DNA of 64,000 nt from contig CAXXET010000002.1 of assembly GCA_963666115.2 (NCBI GenBank), forward strand, positions 1 to 64,000, read 5' to 3'. The notes beneath the pieces were generated by a model. It made no database searches. It worked only from the letters and a program-made list of their open reading frames with translations, and was not told the origin of the DNA. The DNA comes from Dehalococcoidia bacterium (lineage in GTDB: Bacteria; Chloroflexota; Dehalococcoidia; UBA6926). A program made the position numbers and the translations under genes. Below, piece after piece: positions 43,099 to 53,800 of the stretch. Each line of letters opens with the position of its first letter. Position 1 is the stretch's first letter.

Positions 43099-44805
43099 AT
43101 GTCCACCGCAAATCCGCCGCTCCGCATTATCCCGCTCGGCGGGCTTGGCGAAATCGGCAAGAACATGATGGCCGTCGAATACGGCGATGACATCCTGGTA
43201 ATCGACTGCGGCCTCATGTTCCCGGATGAGGCGCATCACGGCGTCGATATCGTTCTCCCGGACGCCCAATACGTCATTGACCGCGCCGAAAACGTCGTCG
43301 GCATGGTCATCACGCACGGCCATGAAGACCACATCGGCGCCCTGCCCCACATCCTCCCTGACGTGCGTTCGCCCGTCTACGGCAGCGCCCTCACCATCGG
43401 CCTTGTCTCCGTCAAACTCCGGGAGTCCCGCCGCCTCCGCGGCATCACGCTCGAAACCGTCGAACCGGGCGACACGTTCAGCCTGGGCGTGTTTGATGTC
43501 ACACTCTTCCGCGTCAACCACTCCATCCCCGATGCCACCGGCGTCATCATTGACACTCCCGTTGGGACGATTGTCCACACCGGCGATTTCAAGCTCGACC
43601 ACACACCCGTTGACGGCAAGCCGACTGACTACCAGCGACTCGCGCAGGCGGGCGAAGACGGCGTGCTCCTGCTGCTGTCGGATTCCACCTACGCCGATGT
43701 CTCCGGCCATACTCCCTCGGAAGCCGTGGTCGGCAAGGCGCTCAACCGCTACATCGGCGAGGCTGAGGGCCGCGTCATCGTCGCCAGCTTTGCATCCCTT
43801 ATCTCGCGCATCCAGCAGGTGGCAGACGCCGCCGCCGCCCACGGGCGCAGGCTCGCTATCATCGGACGCAGCATGGTCGATAACGTCCGCGTCGCCACGG
43901 AACTCGGCTATCTCCGCTTGCCGGACGGCTTGATGATTCCCCCCAACCAGCTTGATTCGAGCGCGCCGGAGGAGACCGTCATCATGACCACCGGCGCGCA
44001 GGGTGAGCCAACATCCGCCCTCGTCCGCATGGCGCGCGGCGCCCACCAGCAGGTCCGCATCGAGCCTGGCGACACGGTCATCATCTCCTCCAACCCTATT
44101 CCCGGCAATGAGGCCGTTGTCGGCCGGACCATTGACGGTCTGTTCCGTCTTGGCGCGAACGTTCTCTACAGCCGCACAGACCAGGTCCACGTCCGCGGCC
44201 ACGGCGGCCAGGAAGACCTCAAGCTCATGATGCGCCTCACCAAGCCGCGCTACTTCGTGCCTGTCCAGGGCGACTTTCGCCACCTCGTTCACCACACCCG
44301 GCTCGCCGAGTCCGTTGGCATCCCGGACGACAATATCTTCCTCATGACGGACGGCGACGTGCTGGAAATCGACGATATGGGCGATGCGCGGATCGCCGAG
44401 CCCCTCGACCTGCGCGACAGGTTCGTCTCCGGCATCCACATCGGCAGCGTCGACAACGAGGTCCTGCGTGAACGCGCCGCCCTCTCCCGCGACGGAGTCG
44501 TCACCGTTGCCCTCCCCATCGACTCCGAAACCTACGACCTCGTAGGAGACCCCGTAATCTCAATGATCGGCTTCCTAGATCAGGAACGCGCCGATGACCT
44601 CTCCGCCCGCCTAATAGAAGTAGTAGAAGACGCCGTAGCCAAATCCCAAACCACCGCCCTCTCCAAGACCGCTCACCTTTCCCGCGAAGGCGGGAACCCA
44701 GCCCTCAACGTAATCGAATCCGCCGTCCGCGAAGAACTAAACAACATCATCTACAAAGAAACACGCCGCCGGCCCCGCCTCCTGATTCAGACGACGCCGC
44801 TCTAA
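43099..44805 (+). CDS. rnj: Ribonuclease J
   Basis: PLGGLGEIGKNM, THGHEDHIG, NHSIPD, HTGDFK, GAQGEP, HV.GH. Confidence 0.96.
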   Translation: MSTANPPLRIIPLGGLGEIGKNMMAVEYGDDILVIDCGLMFPDEAHHGVDIVLPDAQYVIDRAENVVGMVITHGHEDHIGALPHILPDVRSPVYGSALTIGLVSVKLRESRRLRGITLETVEPGDTFSLGVFDVTLFRVNHSIPDATGVIIDTPVGTIVHTGDFKLDHTPVDGKPTDYQRLAQAGEDGVLLLLSDSTYADVSGHTPSEAVVGKALNRYIGEAEGRVIVASFASLISRIQQVADAAAAHGRRLAIIGRSMVDNVRVATELGYLRLPDGLMIPPNQLDSSAPEETVIMTTGAQGEPTSALVRMARGAHQQVRIEPGDTVIISSNPIPGNEAVVGRTIDGLFRLGANVLYSRTDQVHVRGHGGQEDLKLMMRLTKPRYFVPVQGDFRHLVHHTRLAESVGIPDDNIFLMTDGDVLEIDDMGDARIAEPLDLRDRFVSGIHIGSVDNEVLRERAALSRDGVVTVALPIDSETYDLVGDPVISMIGFLDQERADDLSARLIEVVEDAVAKSQTTALSKTAHLSREGGNPALNVIESAVREELNNIIYKETRRRPRLLIQTTPL

Positions 44806-44811
44806 CAGAAA

Positions 44812-44939
44812 TCCCCTCTCCCGGGGGGAGAGGGTGAGGGCCAAAATGTCATTCTGAGGGGCGCAGCCCCGAAGAATCCAAGGGCGTGTTTGGCCGCACC
44901 ATTCAGGCTTTGGATTCTTCGCTGCGCTCAGAATGACAT
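44812..44939. repeat. Composite repeat cluster: CCCTCTCC element plus inverted TGTCATTCTGA dimer (REPIN-like hairpin)
   Basis: 44812-44840 matches the 30952 family; 44846-44881 and 44910-44939 are inverted copies of the 25910 family. Confidence 0.85.
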
Positions 44940-45130
44940 GACCGCTGTCAGCCTGACAGTCGTAGTTGCCAATATCACCGTAAGGTCAGCGTAAAAGTGT
45001 GATCGGTCACCATCTTGTAATACCAAAACTAGTATCATTAACCTATGGCTACCCCGCCCCACACCGGCAGACGAATAACCTTGACGTCGCGTACCCCCCC
45101 CCCCACGAACGCGCGTTCGGAAGGCGCGCC

Positions 45131-48100
45131 ATGCGCTGGCTGACGCTGGGCGCCCTCGCCCTCCTTATAGGAGCGATGGTGTGGGCTGCCCTCCCTGCCG
45201 CCGCGCAATCCGCCCCTGCCAACCCTACTAACCTCACTACTACGCGCACCGTCGGCCAGATCGTCGTCTCGTGGGACGCTGTGACGGGCGCGACCGGGTA
45301 CAACCTCGTCATCAGCCAGGACGGCAAACATTCCTGGACGCGCGTGGTCGACGGCGAGAACATCACCACCAAGACCATTACGGGGCTGGACAACACCCTC
45401 GTCTACCACGTGTCCGTGCAGGCGGTGAACGCGCACGGTTCGAGCGCTTGGGTCAACTCGCCGGCCATTTACACGGACTTCCTGGTCCTGAACCCGCCCG
45501 CCTCCGTGACCATCTCCTCGCACACGCCCCTGGGACTGACCGTCTCCTGGGACACCGTGACCAGCGCGCAGGGCTACAATGTGAACCTCACCGCCAACGG
45601 CGGCCTGAGCTGGACGCGCGTCTCCTCGGGCGTCACCGGCACGTCGTTGGCCATCACCACGGCGAACTTTTCCGCGTTCAACGGCGGCGCGACGTACATC
45701 GCGGCCGTGCAGTCCGTCCACTCAGGCGGAGGCGTCGGATGGAGGAACTCCGCGTCCAGTTCGCCCACCTATTCCCTCAGCGCGCCCGCGTCCGTCACGG
45801 CCTACCGGGGAGACAACTTCATCGACGTGGAGTGGCCGCACGTGACCGGCGCGACGGGGTATGACGTCAACTACGCCTTCAAGGGCGCCAACTGGACCCG
45901 CGCCGTGAGCAACCAGTCCGGCGGCACGGGCGCGACGCGCACCGTTCGCATCAGCAGTGTCCCCAACCAGAGCTGGCATGTCGTCGCCGTCCGCGCGCGC
46001 ACCAGCAGCGGCCTCAGCCGGTGGACGAACTCCGCGCACGTCAACTTCGCGGACTATCCCCTGCCGGTCACGGGCCTCACTGTGGAGCGAACCGTGTCCG
46101 GCGAGATCGACGTGAGTTGGGACGTGTGCGATACAACAGCCTGGTCCTGCACGGGCGGCTCGCCGATCACCAAGTACGCGATCAACCTGAGCGACGACGG
46201 GGGCTTTAGCTGGACGCGCGCCGCGACGGTGGCGGCAGCCGACTACACCTCCGGCGACAGCGTAACCCTCCGGGGAGTGACGGATTCGACGGCGTACCGC
46301 GTGGCGGTGGCCATGCGTACACGCGTGGGCGGCAAGTGGGTCAACGCCAACGTTGGCCCGTACGTGGGACTGACCGCTTCGGACATCACGACAACGAGCG
46401 CAACGCTTACTATCGCGGGCCACACGGACAGTTGGCGCTACAAGGCGAACGCCGCGCCGGACAACGCCTGTTCGGCGACGGCGGTGAGCGCGGGAACCTC
46501 GACGACGGCATTGACAGGACTGTCGCCCGGCACGTCCTACACCTATAGCGCCTACAGCGATTCCTCCTGCGCCACCCTGCTGGTCACAGTGGTATTCAGC
46601 ACGCTCGCCCTGGGTGATCGCAATTCCGGCGAAGACATCACGACCATCAGCGACTCGTCCAACAATGATCCCACCGGCATCTGGTCGGATGGCACAACCA
46701 TGTGGGTCGCGGACGACGTGGACGACAAGCTCTACGCCTACAAGATGTCGGACTTGTCCCGCGACTCCTCCAAGGACTTCAACACCCTGAGCGCCGCAGG
46801 CAACAATAATCCCAGGGGCATTTGGGCTGACGGCACAACTATGTGGGTTATGGACGCCGATGATTACCGCATCTACGCCTACAAGATGTCCGACAAGTCC
46901 ACGGATACAGGCAAGGAGTTCGACCTCCAGCTGGCTGAGCCGACCAATGTTGGCCCCACCGGCATCTGGTCTGACGGCACGACCATGTGGGTGGGAGACC
47001 ACTACCTGACCAAGGTGTTCGCATACAAGATGTCGGATCAGACGAGAGACTCGGGCAAGGATTTTAACACGCTGAGCGCCGCAGGCAACACTAACCCCGC
47101 TGGCATCTGGTCGGATGGCACGACCGCGTGGATCGTCGACGACAACAGTAAGAAGGTGTACGCCTACAAGCTGTCCGACAAGTCCAGGGATGCGAGCAAG
47201 GATTTCGACACGCTGGACGCCGCCGGCAACGATAACCCCTGGGGCATCTGGTCCGATGGCTCCACCACGTGGATAGCGGACGACGTGGACGACAAGCTCT
47301 ACGCCTACTACCCCTACACAGCGCTGCTGCCGACCGTCGTCGGCTCCACCATGGCCACCCTGACCCTCAACGGCTATTCCGGCGACTGGTGGCTCAAGAA
47401 GACCGCGCCAACCCCGGCCGGAACGTGCACGGTGGGCGAGTCTGATTTCTCCCACGCCCTGACCGCGCTCACCGCCAACACGACCTATACCTACAAGGCG
47501 TACGACACGAGCAACTGCGCTAGCGCCGACGAGATCGGCGAGACAACGTTTGCGACCGTCTCAGTGGGCGATCGCAACGCCGCTCAGGACGTCAACACCG
47601 TCTTTGAAGCCGGCAACACGTTCCCGAAGGGCGTCTGGTCGAATGGCACAACCATGTGGGTCGCAGACGCCACCAACGACAAGCTCTACGCCTACAAGAT
47701 GTCGGACAAGTCCAGGGATGCCAGCAAGGACTTCAACACCCTGAGCGCCGCAGGCAACAATGACCCCAGGGGCATCTGGTCGAACGGTACGACAATGTGG
47801 GTCGCAGACGAGATAGACAAGAAGCTCTATGCCTACAAGATGTCGGACAAGTCCAGGGATGCCGCCAAGGACTTTGCGACGCTGGACGCCGCAGACAACG
47901 ACGACCCCCAGGGAATCTGGTCCGATGGCACGACCATGTGGGTCGCGGACAGGACTGACAGCAAGCTCTACGCCTACAAAATGTCGGACAAGTCCAGGGA
48001 CGCCGCCAAGGACTTCAACACCCTGAACGCTGCGGGCAACAACCACAGCGATGGCATCGGCTCCGACGGCACGACGATGTGGGTCGCAGACTACCTGGAC

Positions 48101-48274
48101 GACAAGCTCTACGCCTACAAGGTCTCCGACAAATCTAGGGACGCCACAAAGGACATCACCACCGTAAGCGACAGCGCCGACCCCGTCCCAACAGGCATCT
48201 GGACGGACGGCATCACCATCTGGGTAATAGAAGCCTCCCTATCAGACACCAAGATCTACGCCTACTACGCCTAA
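45131..48274 (+). CDS. Secreted protein with FN3-like domains and two blocks of five ~47-aa GIWSDGTTMWV repeats (beta-propeller-like); putative adhesin
   Basis: Signal peptide ending AAAQ; VSW..V.GATGY FN3 motifs; ten repeats visible in protein and DNA. Confidence 0.85.
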   Translation: MRWLTLGALALLIGAMVWAALPAAAQSAPANPTNLTTTRTVGQIVVSWDAVTGATGYNLVISQDGKHSWTRVVDGENITTKTITGLDNTLVYHVSVQAVNAHGSSAWVNSPAIYTDFLVLNPPASVTISSHTPLGLTVSWDTVTSAQGYNVNLTANGGLSWTRVSSGVTGTSLAITTANFSAFNGGATYIAAVQSVHSGGGVGWRNSASSSPTYSLSAPASVTAYRGDNFIDVEWPHVTGATGYDVNYAFKGANWTRAVSNQSGGTGATRTVRISSVPNQSWHVVAVRARTSSGLSRWTNSAHVNFADYPLPVTGLTVERTVSGEIDVSWDVCDTTAWSCTGGSPITKYAINLSDDGGFSWTRAATVAAADYTSGDSVTLRGVTDSTAYRVAVAMRTRVGGKWVNANVGPYVGLTASDITTTSATLTIAGHTDSWRYKANAAPDNACSATAVSAGTSTTALTGLSPGTSYTYSAYSDSSCATLLVTVVFSTLALGDRNSGEDITTISDSSNNDPTGIWSDGTTMWVADDVDDKLYAYKMSDLSRDSSKDFNTLSAAGNNNPRGIWADGTTMWVMDADDYRIYAYKMSDKSTDTGKEFDLQLAEPTNVGPTGIWSDGTTMWVGDHYLTKVFAYKMSDQTRDSGKDFNTLSAAGNTNPAGIWSDGTTAWIVDDNSKKVYAYKLSDKSRDASKDFDTLDAAGNDNPWGIWSDGSTTWIADDVDDKLYAYYPYTALLPTVVGSTMATLTLNGYSGDWWLKKTAPTPAGTCTVGESDFSHALTALTANTTYTYKAYDTSNCASADEIGETTFATVSVGDRNAAQDVNTVFEAGNTFPKGVWSNGTTMWVADATNDKLYAYKMSDKSRDASKDFNTLSAAGNNDPRGIWSNGTTMWVADEIDKKLYAYKMSDKSRDAAKDFATLDAADNDDPQGIWSDGTTMWVADRTDSKLYAYKMSDKSRDAAKDFNTLNAAGNNHSDGIGSDGTTMWVADYLDDKLYAYKVSDKSRDATKDITTVSDSADPVPTGIWTDGITIWVIEASLSDTKIYAYYA

Positions 48275-48306
48275 CCCCCCATGCATGTCGCCCTGACCGC
48301 CCCCTT

Positions 48307-48333
48307 GTCATTCTGAGCGTAGCGAAGAATCTA
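48307..48333 (+). repeat. REP-like palindrome
   Basis: TGTCATTCTGAGCGTAGCGAAGAATCT, one mismatch to 25910. Confidence 0.9.
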
Positions 48334-48374
48334 ACGTCCCATCCGCTACAATCATCACAGGGGGTGAACGACCA

Positions 48375-50777
48375 ATGACGAACGGCAATCAGCAGGGCGC
48401 CCTAGCCCACCTCCGCATCATCGAATATGGGGATATTCCGGCGTCTTATGCTGCCCGATGGCTTGGCGACCTTGGCGCGGACATCATCAAGGTTGAGCCG
48501 CCCGGCGGCGATCCCAACCGCCTCCTCCCGCCCTTCGCCGGCAATGTCCAGGACCCGGAGCGCAGCCTCACCTTCATCAACGCCAACCTCAACAAGCGAT
48601 CCGTCGTCCTCGACGTGCTCAACTCCGAGACAGACCGCCAAACATTCGCCGATCTCCTCGCCGGAGCCGACGCCCTCATCGAGGCCACGCCGCCCGGCAC
48701 GCTCGAATCCATCGGCCTCACGCAGGAATCCCTCCTCGGGCGCAACCCCCACCTCGTCACCACCTCCATGACCCCGTTCGGCCAGTGGGGCCCCTACTCC
48801 GGCTACAAGGGCAGCTACGCCGTCATCGAGGCCCTCTCCGGTTTCATGAGCGCCCACGGCGATGACAAAAAGCCGCCCGTCGTCACGCCCGCCCACCAGA
48901 CCTACCAGGTCGCTGCCGTCCACGCCGCCTACCTCACGCTCGCCGGCATCCGCCACGCCCGCCTCACCGGCGCCGGCCAGCGCATCGACCTCTCCATCGC
49001 GGAAGCCACAACCTACATGGGCTCCAGCGCCGTCGCCCGCTACACCCAGCGCAGTGAGATCGTGGAGCGCGTCGGCTCCAAGCCCCAGGGCGGCGCGTCC
49101 AACATCTACCGCTGCCGCGATGGGCGCTACGTCTATCTGGCCATCTACATCCTCCCCCACTGGCACGTCATCACGCGCGAGTGGATGGAAGACGCCGTCC
49201 TCTCCGCGCCCGAGTGGGACGACCAGGAGTACCGCGGCGCGAACGACGATGTCATCAACGCTCTCTTCCAGTCGTTTATCGAGCAGTTCGACGCCGATGA
49301 GTTCGTCGAAGAGTGCCAGCGGCGCGGCCTCCCGTGCGCCCCCGTCAACAGCCCCGGCGACTTCCTGGCAAGCCCCCAGATCGCGCACCGCCGGTGGATA
49401 CAGGAGCTTGAGCATCCCGTCATCGGCGGCTACCGCGCCCCCGGCTTCCTCTTCAAGATGGAAGAGACCCCCATGCGCGCCTGGAAGCCCTCCCCGACCA
49501 CGGGCGAGCACCAGCAGGAAATCCTGTCCGAAGCGCAAAACGGACGACAGCCGTTCGCCGCCTCCGCCTCCCGCAACGGCCACGCGCAGGATGACTCCAT
49601 GCTCGCCGGCGTCCGCGTCGCCGATCTCACCCGATTCTTCGCCGGCCCTATCGGCACCATGTTCCTCGGCTTCTACGGCGCGGAGGTCATCAAGGTTGAA
49701 TCCGAACTCCTCGTCGCCAACCGCGAGGCCAACAGCCCGCTCTACCCTGACATGAACCGCAACAAGCTCAGCGTCACCATTGACCTCCGCCATGAGGACG
49801 GCAAGAAGCTCATGGACGCCCTCCTCGAAAAGAGCGATGTCCTCGTCGACAATTTTTCGCCCCGTGTCATCGACCGCCTCGGCTATGGCTGGGAGCACAC
49901 GCGGGAGGTCAACCCCGGCGCTATCCAGATCACCGCCCCCGGCATGGGGCTGGACGGCCCCCTCACCTCGTGGGTCACGTGGGGCAACCAGCTCGTCGCC
50001 TACACCGGCCTCTCCTACATGTGGGGTTTCAAGGAATCGCCGATGGACGCGCACGGCAAGCTCGTCATCCCCGATTACCTTGGCGCGAGCCTCGTCGCCC
50101 TCTCGTCCATCGCCGCCCTCGAGTACCGCGACCTCACCGGCAAGGGCCAGTTCATCGAGCTTGCCCAGGTCGAAGCCCAGGGCGCAATCATGGGCCCTGC
50201 CATCCTGGATTCCACCGTCAACGGCAACGAATGGCAAGCGATGGGCTACGGCGAGGTTCTCGGCAGCCGCTGCGCCCCCTATGGCGCGTACCCCTGCAAG
50301 GGCGATGATGAATGGGTGGTGGCCGCCGTCGAAACCGACGACGAATGGCAGGGATTCATCCAGGCGATGGGCTCGCCAACGTGGGCGCAGAATCCCATTT
50401 ACTCCACCCACTCCGGCCGCGTCGCCGCCAAAGACGAACTCGATATGCAGATCGGCAACTGGACGCGCGGCTTCACCAAGCGGCAGGCAATGCGAATTCT
50501 CCAGAACAACGGCGTCCCTGCCGCCGCAAAATACACCGGCGAAGACCTCCACTCAGACGTCCACTTCCGCCAGCGAGGCCACATAGTAGACGTCCACGAA
50601 CCCCCCTGGGGCGATCTCTCCCACCAGGGCCTCCCCGGCATCCCCACCCTGGCAGAAGCCCACGCCGACGGCCCCCCACCCTGGATAGGCGCCCACAACG
50701 AATACGTCTTCAAAACCCTCCTAAACCTCACCGAAGAAGCCTACACCGCCCACCAAAAATCCGGCGCAATCCGCTAA
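48375..50777 (+). CDS. Family III (CaiB/BaiF) CoA transferase, fused double domain
   Basis: LGADIIKVEPPGGD/NLNKRS and YGAEVIKVES/NRNKLS; Asp in IPDY only in the second half. Confidence 0.92.
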   Translation: MTNGNQQGALAHLRIIEYGDIPASYAARWLGDLGADIIKVEPPGGDPNRLLPPFAGNVQDPERSLTFINANLNKRSVVLDVLNSETDRQTFADLLAGADALIEATPPGTLESIGLTQESLLGRNPHLVTTSMTPFGQWGPYSGYKGSYAVIEALSGFMSAHGDDKKPPVVTPAHQTYQVAAVHAAYLTLAGIRHARLTGAGQRIDLSIAEATTYMGSSAVARYTQRSEIVERVGSKPQGGASNIYRCRDGRYVYLAIYILPHWHVITREWMEDAVLSAPEWDDQEYRGANDDVINALFQSFIEQFDADEFVEECQRRGLPCAPVNSPGDFLASPQIAHRRWIQELEHPVIGGYRAPGFLFKMEETPMRAWKPSPTTGEHQQEILSEAQNGRQPFAASASRNGHAQDDSMLAGVRVADLTRFFAGPIGTMFLGFYGAEVIKVESELLVANREANSPLYPDMNRNKLSVTIDLRHEDGKKLMDALLEKSDVLVDNFSPRVIDRLGYGWEHTREVNPGAIQITAPGMGLDGPLTSWVTWGNQLVAYTGLSYMWGFKESPMDAHGKLVIPDYLGASLVALSSIAALEYRDLTGKGQFIELAQVEAQGAIMGPAILDSTVNGNEWQAMGYGEVLGSRCAPYGAYPCKGDDEWVVAAVETDDEWQGFIQAMGSPTWAQNPIYSTHSGRVAAKDELDMQIGNWTRGFTKRQAMRILQNNGVPAAAKYTGEDLHSDVHFRQRGHIVDVHEPPWGDLSHQGLPGIPTLAEAHADGPPPWIGAHNEYVFKTLLNLTEEAYTAHQKSGAIR

Positions 50778-50785
50778 TCCATCCC

Positions 50786-50810
50786 CTCATACCGGCGAAA
50801 GCCGGTATCC
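50786..50810 (+). repeat. REP-like palindrome (CTCATACCGGCGAAAGCCGGTATCC)
   Basis: Same layout as 59668-59692; between convergent genes. Confidence 0.7.
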
Positions 50811-50833
50811 ATCGGGGATCCCCCCAACCCCCT

Positions 50834-53800
50834 TTACGCGGATCCGCAGTAATCGCCGACAAAGCGGATGCCCATGGCCCACTCCCGGAACATATCGTTC
50901 GCTGGCGCGCAGAGCCCTTCGTTGTCGTTGAAGAGGAAGTCGCCCAGATTCGCCAGCCTGGTCAGGGTATGCGGCACCTCACCTTGGAGTTGATTCCTCG
51001 CGATGCTCAGGTATGTCAGCTTCGATAGCTCGCCCAATTCGGTTGGAACGTCCCCGTCCAGGTCATTGGAACGGAGATCCAGCGACTCTAGGTTTGAGAG
51101 ATTCGCCAGCTCGACTGGAATCCGTCCACTGAGCCTGTTCCCGCGGAGGGAGAGGTGCGTAAGGTTGTCCAGCGATCCTAGCCCAACTGGAATAGTGCCC
51201 TCCAGCACATTGCCTCCCAAGTCCAGCCGTTCCAGGCGGGAGAGTTCGCCGAGTTGAGTCGGAATTTCACCGCTCAGTCTGTTGCCGTAGAGGGACAGGA
51301 ACTTCAGGTTGGACAGTCTGGCTAGCTCAATCGGAATCTGTCCACCTAAATCATTGAATCGCAGGTTGACGTATTCAAGCTGAAGGAGATCGGCGAGTTG
51401 AACAGGAATCGCCCCGCTCAGCCTGTTTTCGTGAAGTCTCAAGGACACCAAGTTCGAGAGCCCGCCGACGCTGGAGGGTATCGGGCCGCTCAACTGATTA
51501 TTGTTGAGGCTCAGGTGAGTCAGGTTGGAGAGGCTGCCCAGTTCCGCCGGTATTCTGCCCGTCAACTCGTTCTGGCTCAAGTCTAGTTTCGCAAGACGTG
51601 CAAGTTTGCCGAGCGTCGCCGGAATCTCGCCCCCAAGAACATTCTCGCTCAAATCGAGATGCGCCAGGTGTGGCAGGTTGCCGAGCGTGCCCGGAATCAC
51701 CGCGCTTAGCCCGTTGCCACTGAGGTCGATCTCTTCAAGCCTGGCAAGTCTGCCAAGCTCGGCCGGTATTGGCCCCACCAAATCGGCATTCTTCGAAAGT
51801 TCCAGCGTCTCCAGCCAGGCAAGGTTGCCCAACTCAGCCGGCAGTGATCCCCTCAATCTGTTGCCGCTCAGGGCTAACGCAATGACTCGCCCCTCCGCAT
51901 CGGTAGTGACACCGTGCCACTCACTAAGCGGCGAATCACTCAGCCAATTCATGCTGTCAATCCAGTACCAGCCGGTGGTGGCGCCATAGAGAGCAATCAG
52001 CGCCGCCCTCTCCGGAGAATCCCCGTCAGCAATCGGCCCTCCAGTAGTCCAGCATGTGTCAGCGCTGCCATACTGTAAATTGCGAACCCATGCTTCGATC
52101 ACGCCATCCGGCGGTGCGCACAGGCCATGGTTGTCGGCCAGCGTAACCCGAATGATGGACTCCAGTTCGGTCAGGGCCTCCGGAATCTCCCCGGACAACC
52201 GGTTTCGTTCAAGATCGAGGTGTTCCAGCTCACTAAGCCTGCTCAACTGGCCTGGCACCGCCCCCCACAATCTGTTGTCGCTTATGTTCAGGTAGCGCAG
52301 TTCAGCAAGCTCGCCGAGCTGGGGCGGTATCTCCCCGCTCAACTCATTTCCCCCCAGCCAGAGCGCTTCCAGATCATCGAGATCGGCAAGCTGAACGGGA
52401 ATCGTCCCTTCCAGTAGATTCCAACTGAGCGACAGTTCCTTCAGTGCAGTCAGGCCGCCGACTTCAGGTGGTATGCCCCCGCTCAACAGATTCCTCTCCA
52501 GGTGCAGCCCCTCCAGGTTGGCGAGATTGCCAAGTTGAGAAGGTATGCTTCCGCGCAGGTCATTGCCGACGAGGTCCATTTCCGTCAATTGGGAAAGTCT
52601 TCCCAGTTCTGGCGGTACCTCTCCTCCCAGGCGCGTATACGAGAGAAGCAGGCGTTTCAATTGCGAAAGGCTGCCCAGTTCCGGCGGTATCTCCCCATCC
52701 AACTTGGTAGACGAAAGGTCGAGTACTTCCAAACCCTCGAGAGCGCCAATCTCTGGGGGAATGGGTCCGCTCAACTCGGTGCCGGCCAGGTCTAATTCCC
52801 TTAGGTTGGAGAGTTCACCCAATTCCGGAGGGATTTGTCCGGTTAACTCATTGCCCCGAAGGTACAATTTCGAAAGCACTGACAGCCCCGCCAGTTCAGG
52901 GGGAATCTCCCCAGTCAACTCATTCCGCGAGAGGTCCAGCCCGATGACGCGCCCAGTAGCGTCCGTCGTAACACCGTGCCAGTACTCCAACGGATAACCA
53001 AGGAACCAGTTTCGGCTGCTATCCCAACCCGCGCCGTCGGCGGCGTCATAGAGCGCAATCAGCGCTTCTCTATCCGTGGCAGCCTCAGGCGAATACAGGC
53101 TTGGTGAAACGGACTGAACAGGCGTCCATCCCGCTGCATAGTCCTCTCTAATCTCCATTGCGTAGATGCTCACCTGTTGTACTGGCATAAGCATCTTTGT
53201 GCCCTCGGGAAGCCACGGCATGGCGACCTCCTTCATGACGCTTGGCTTCTCAACTGAATAAAGGAGTTTTGTGCCGTCGGGAGACCATGCGGGGACACCC
53301 TCATCAAACTTGGTGGTCGTGACGCGTAGAAGCTTATTTCCATCGACTTCACCCACGTAGACATCGTAGTTATCATCACGCATGGACATAAACGCGATGC
53401 GCTCGCCATCCGGCGACCACGCGGGGACGGCGCCCCGCCCATACTCCTCGGCGGTCCCGTATGGCACAGACGTCGGTTCGCTCCCGTCGATGCCAATCAA
53501 CTCGATATCCCCCGCAGGCGAGTGGCGGGCGATTCTGGTGCCGTCAGGAGACCATGCGGGAGGCCCAGAGGATCCGTCAACGCGCCGCCAGGCTTCTGGA
53601 TTGAGGCCCGTCAAGACCGTGAGCTCACCTCTATCCACGTCAAGAACACTGATGCCCTCAATTCCGGCGGAGGACATGAAGGCCAACCGTCGCCCATCAG
53701 GCGACCACACCGGGGAGCTCTCTCTACGTTGGCCGTCGATAAGTCGCCTCAGATTGGAGCCGTCGGCGTTCACCACGTATGTTCCCCAGCTTTGGGAGCC

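Noticed and set aside
46661-48271. CRISPR array or DGR template/variable repeats
   Set aside because: Repeats are in-frame protein repeats; no spacers, cas genes or reverse transcriptase, and differences are not adenine-specific.
48402-50552. Long antisense or alternate-frame ORFs (also 45722-47455, 43093-44439, 62619-63821)
   Set aside because: Shadows of GC-rich genes, with no motifs or RBS.
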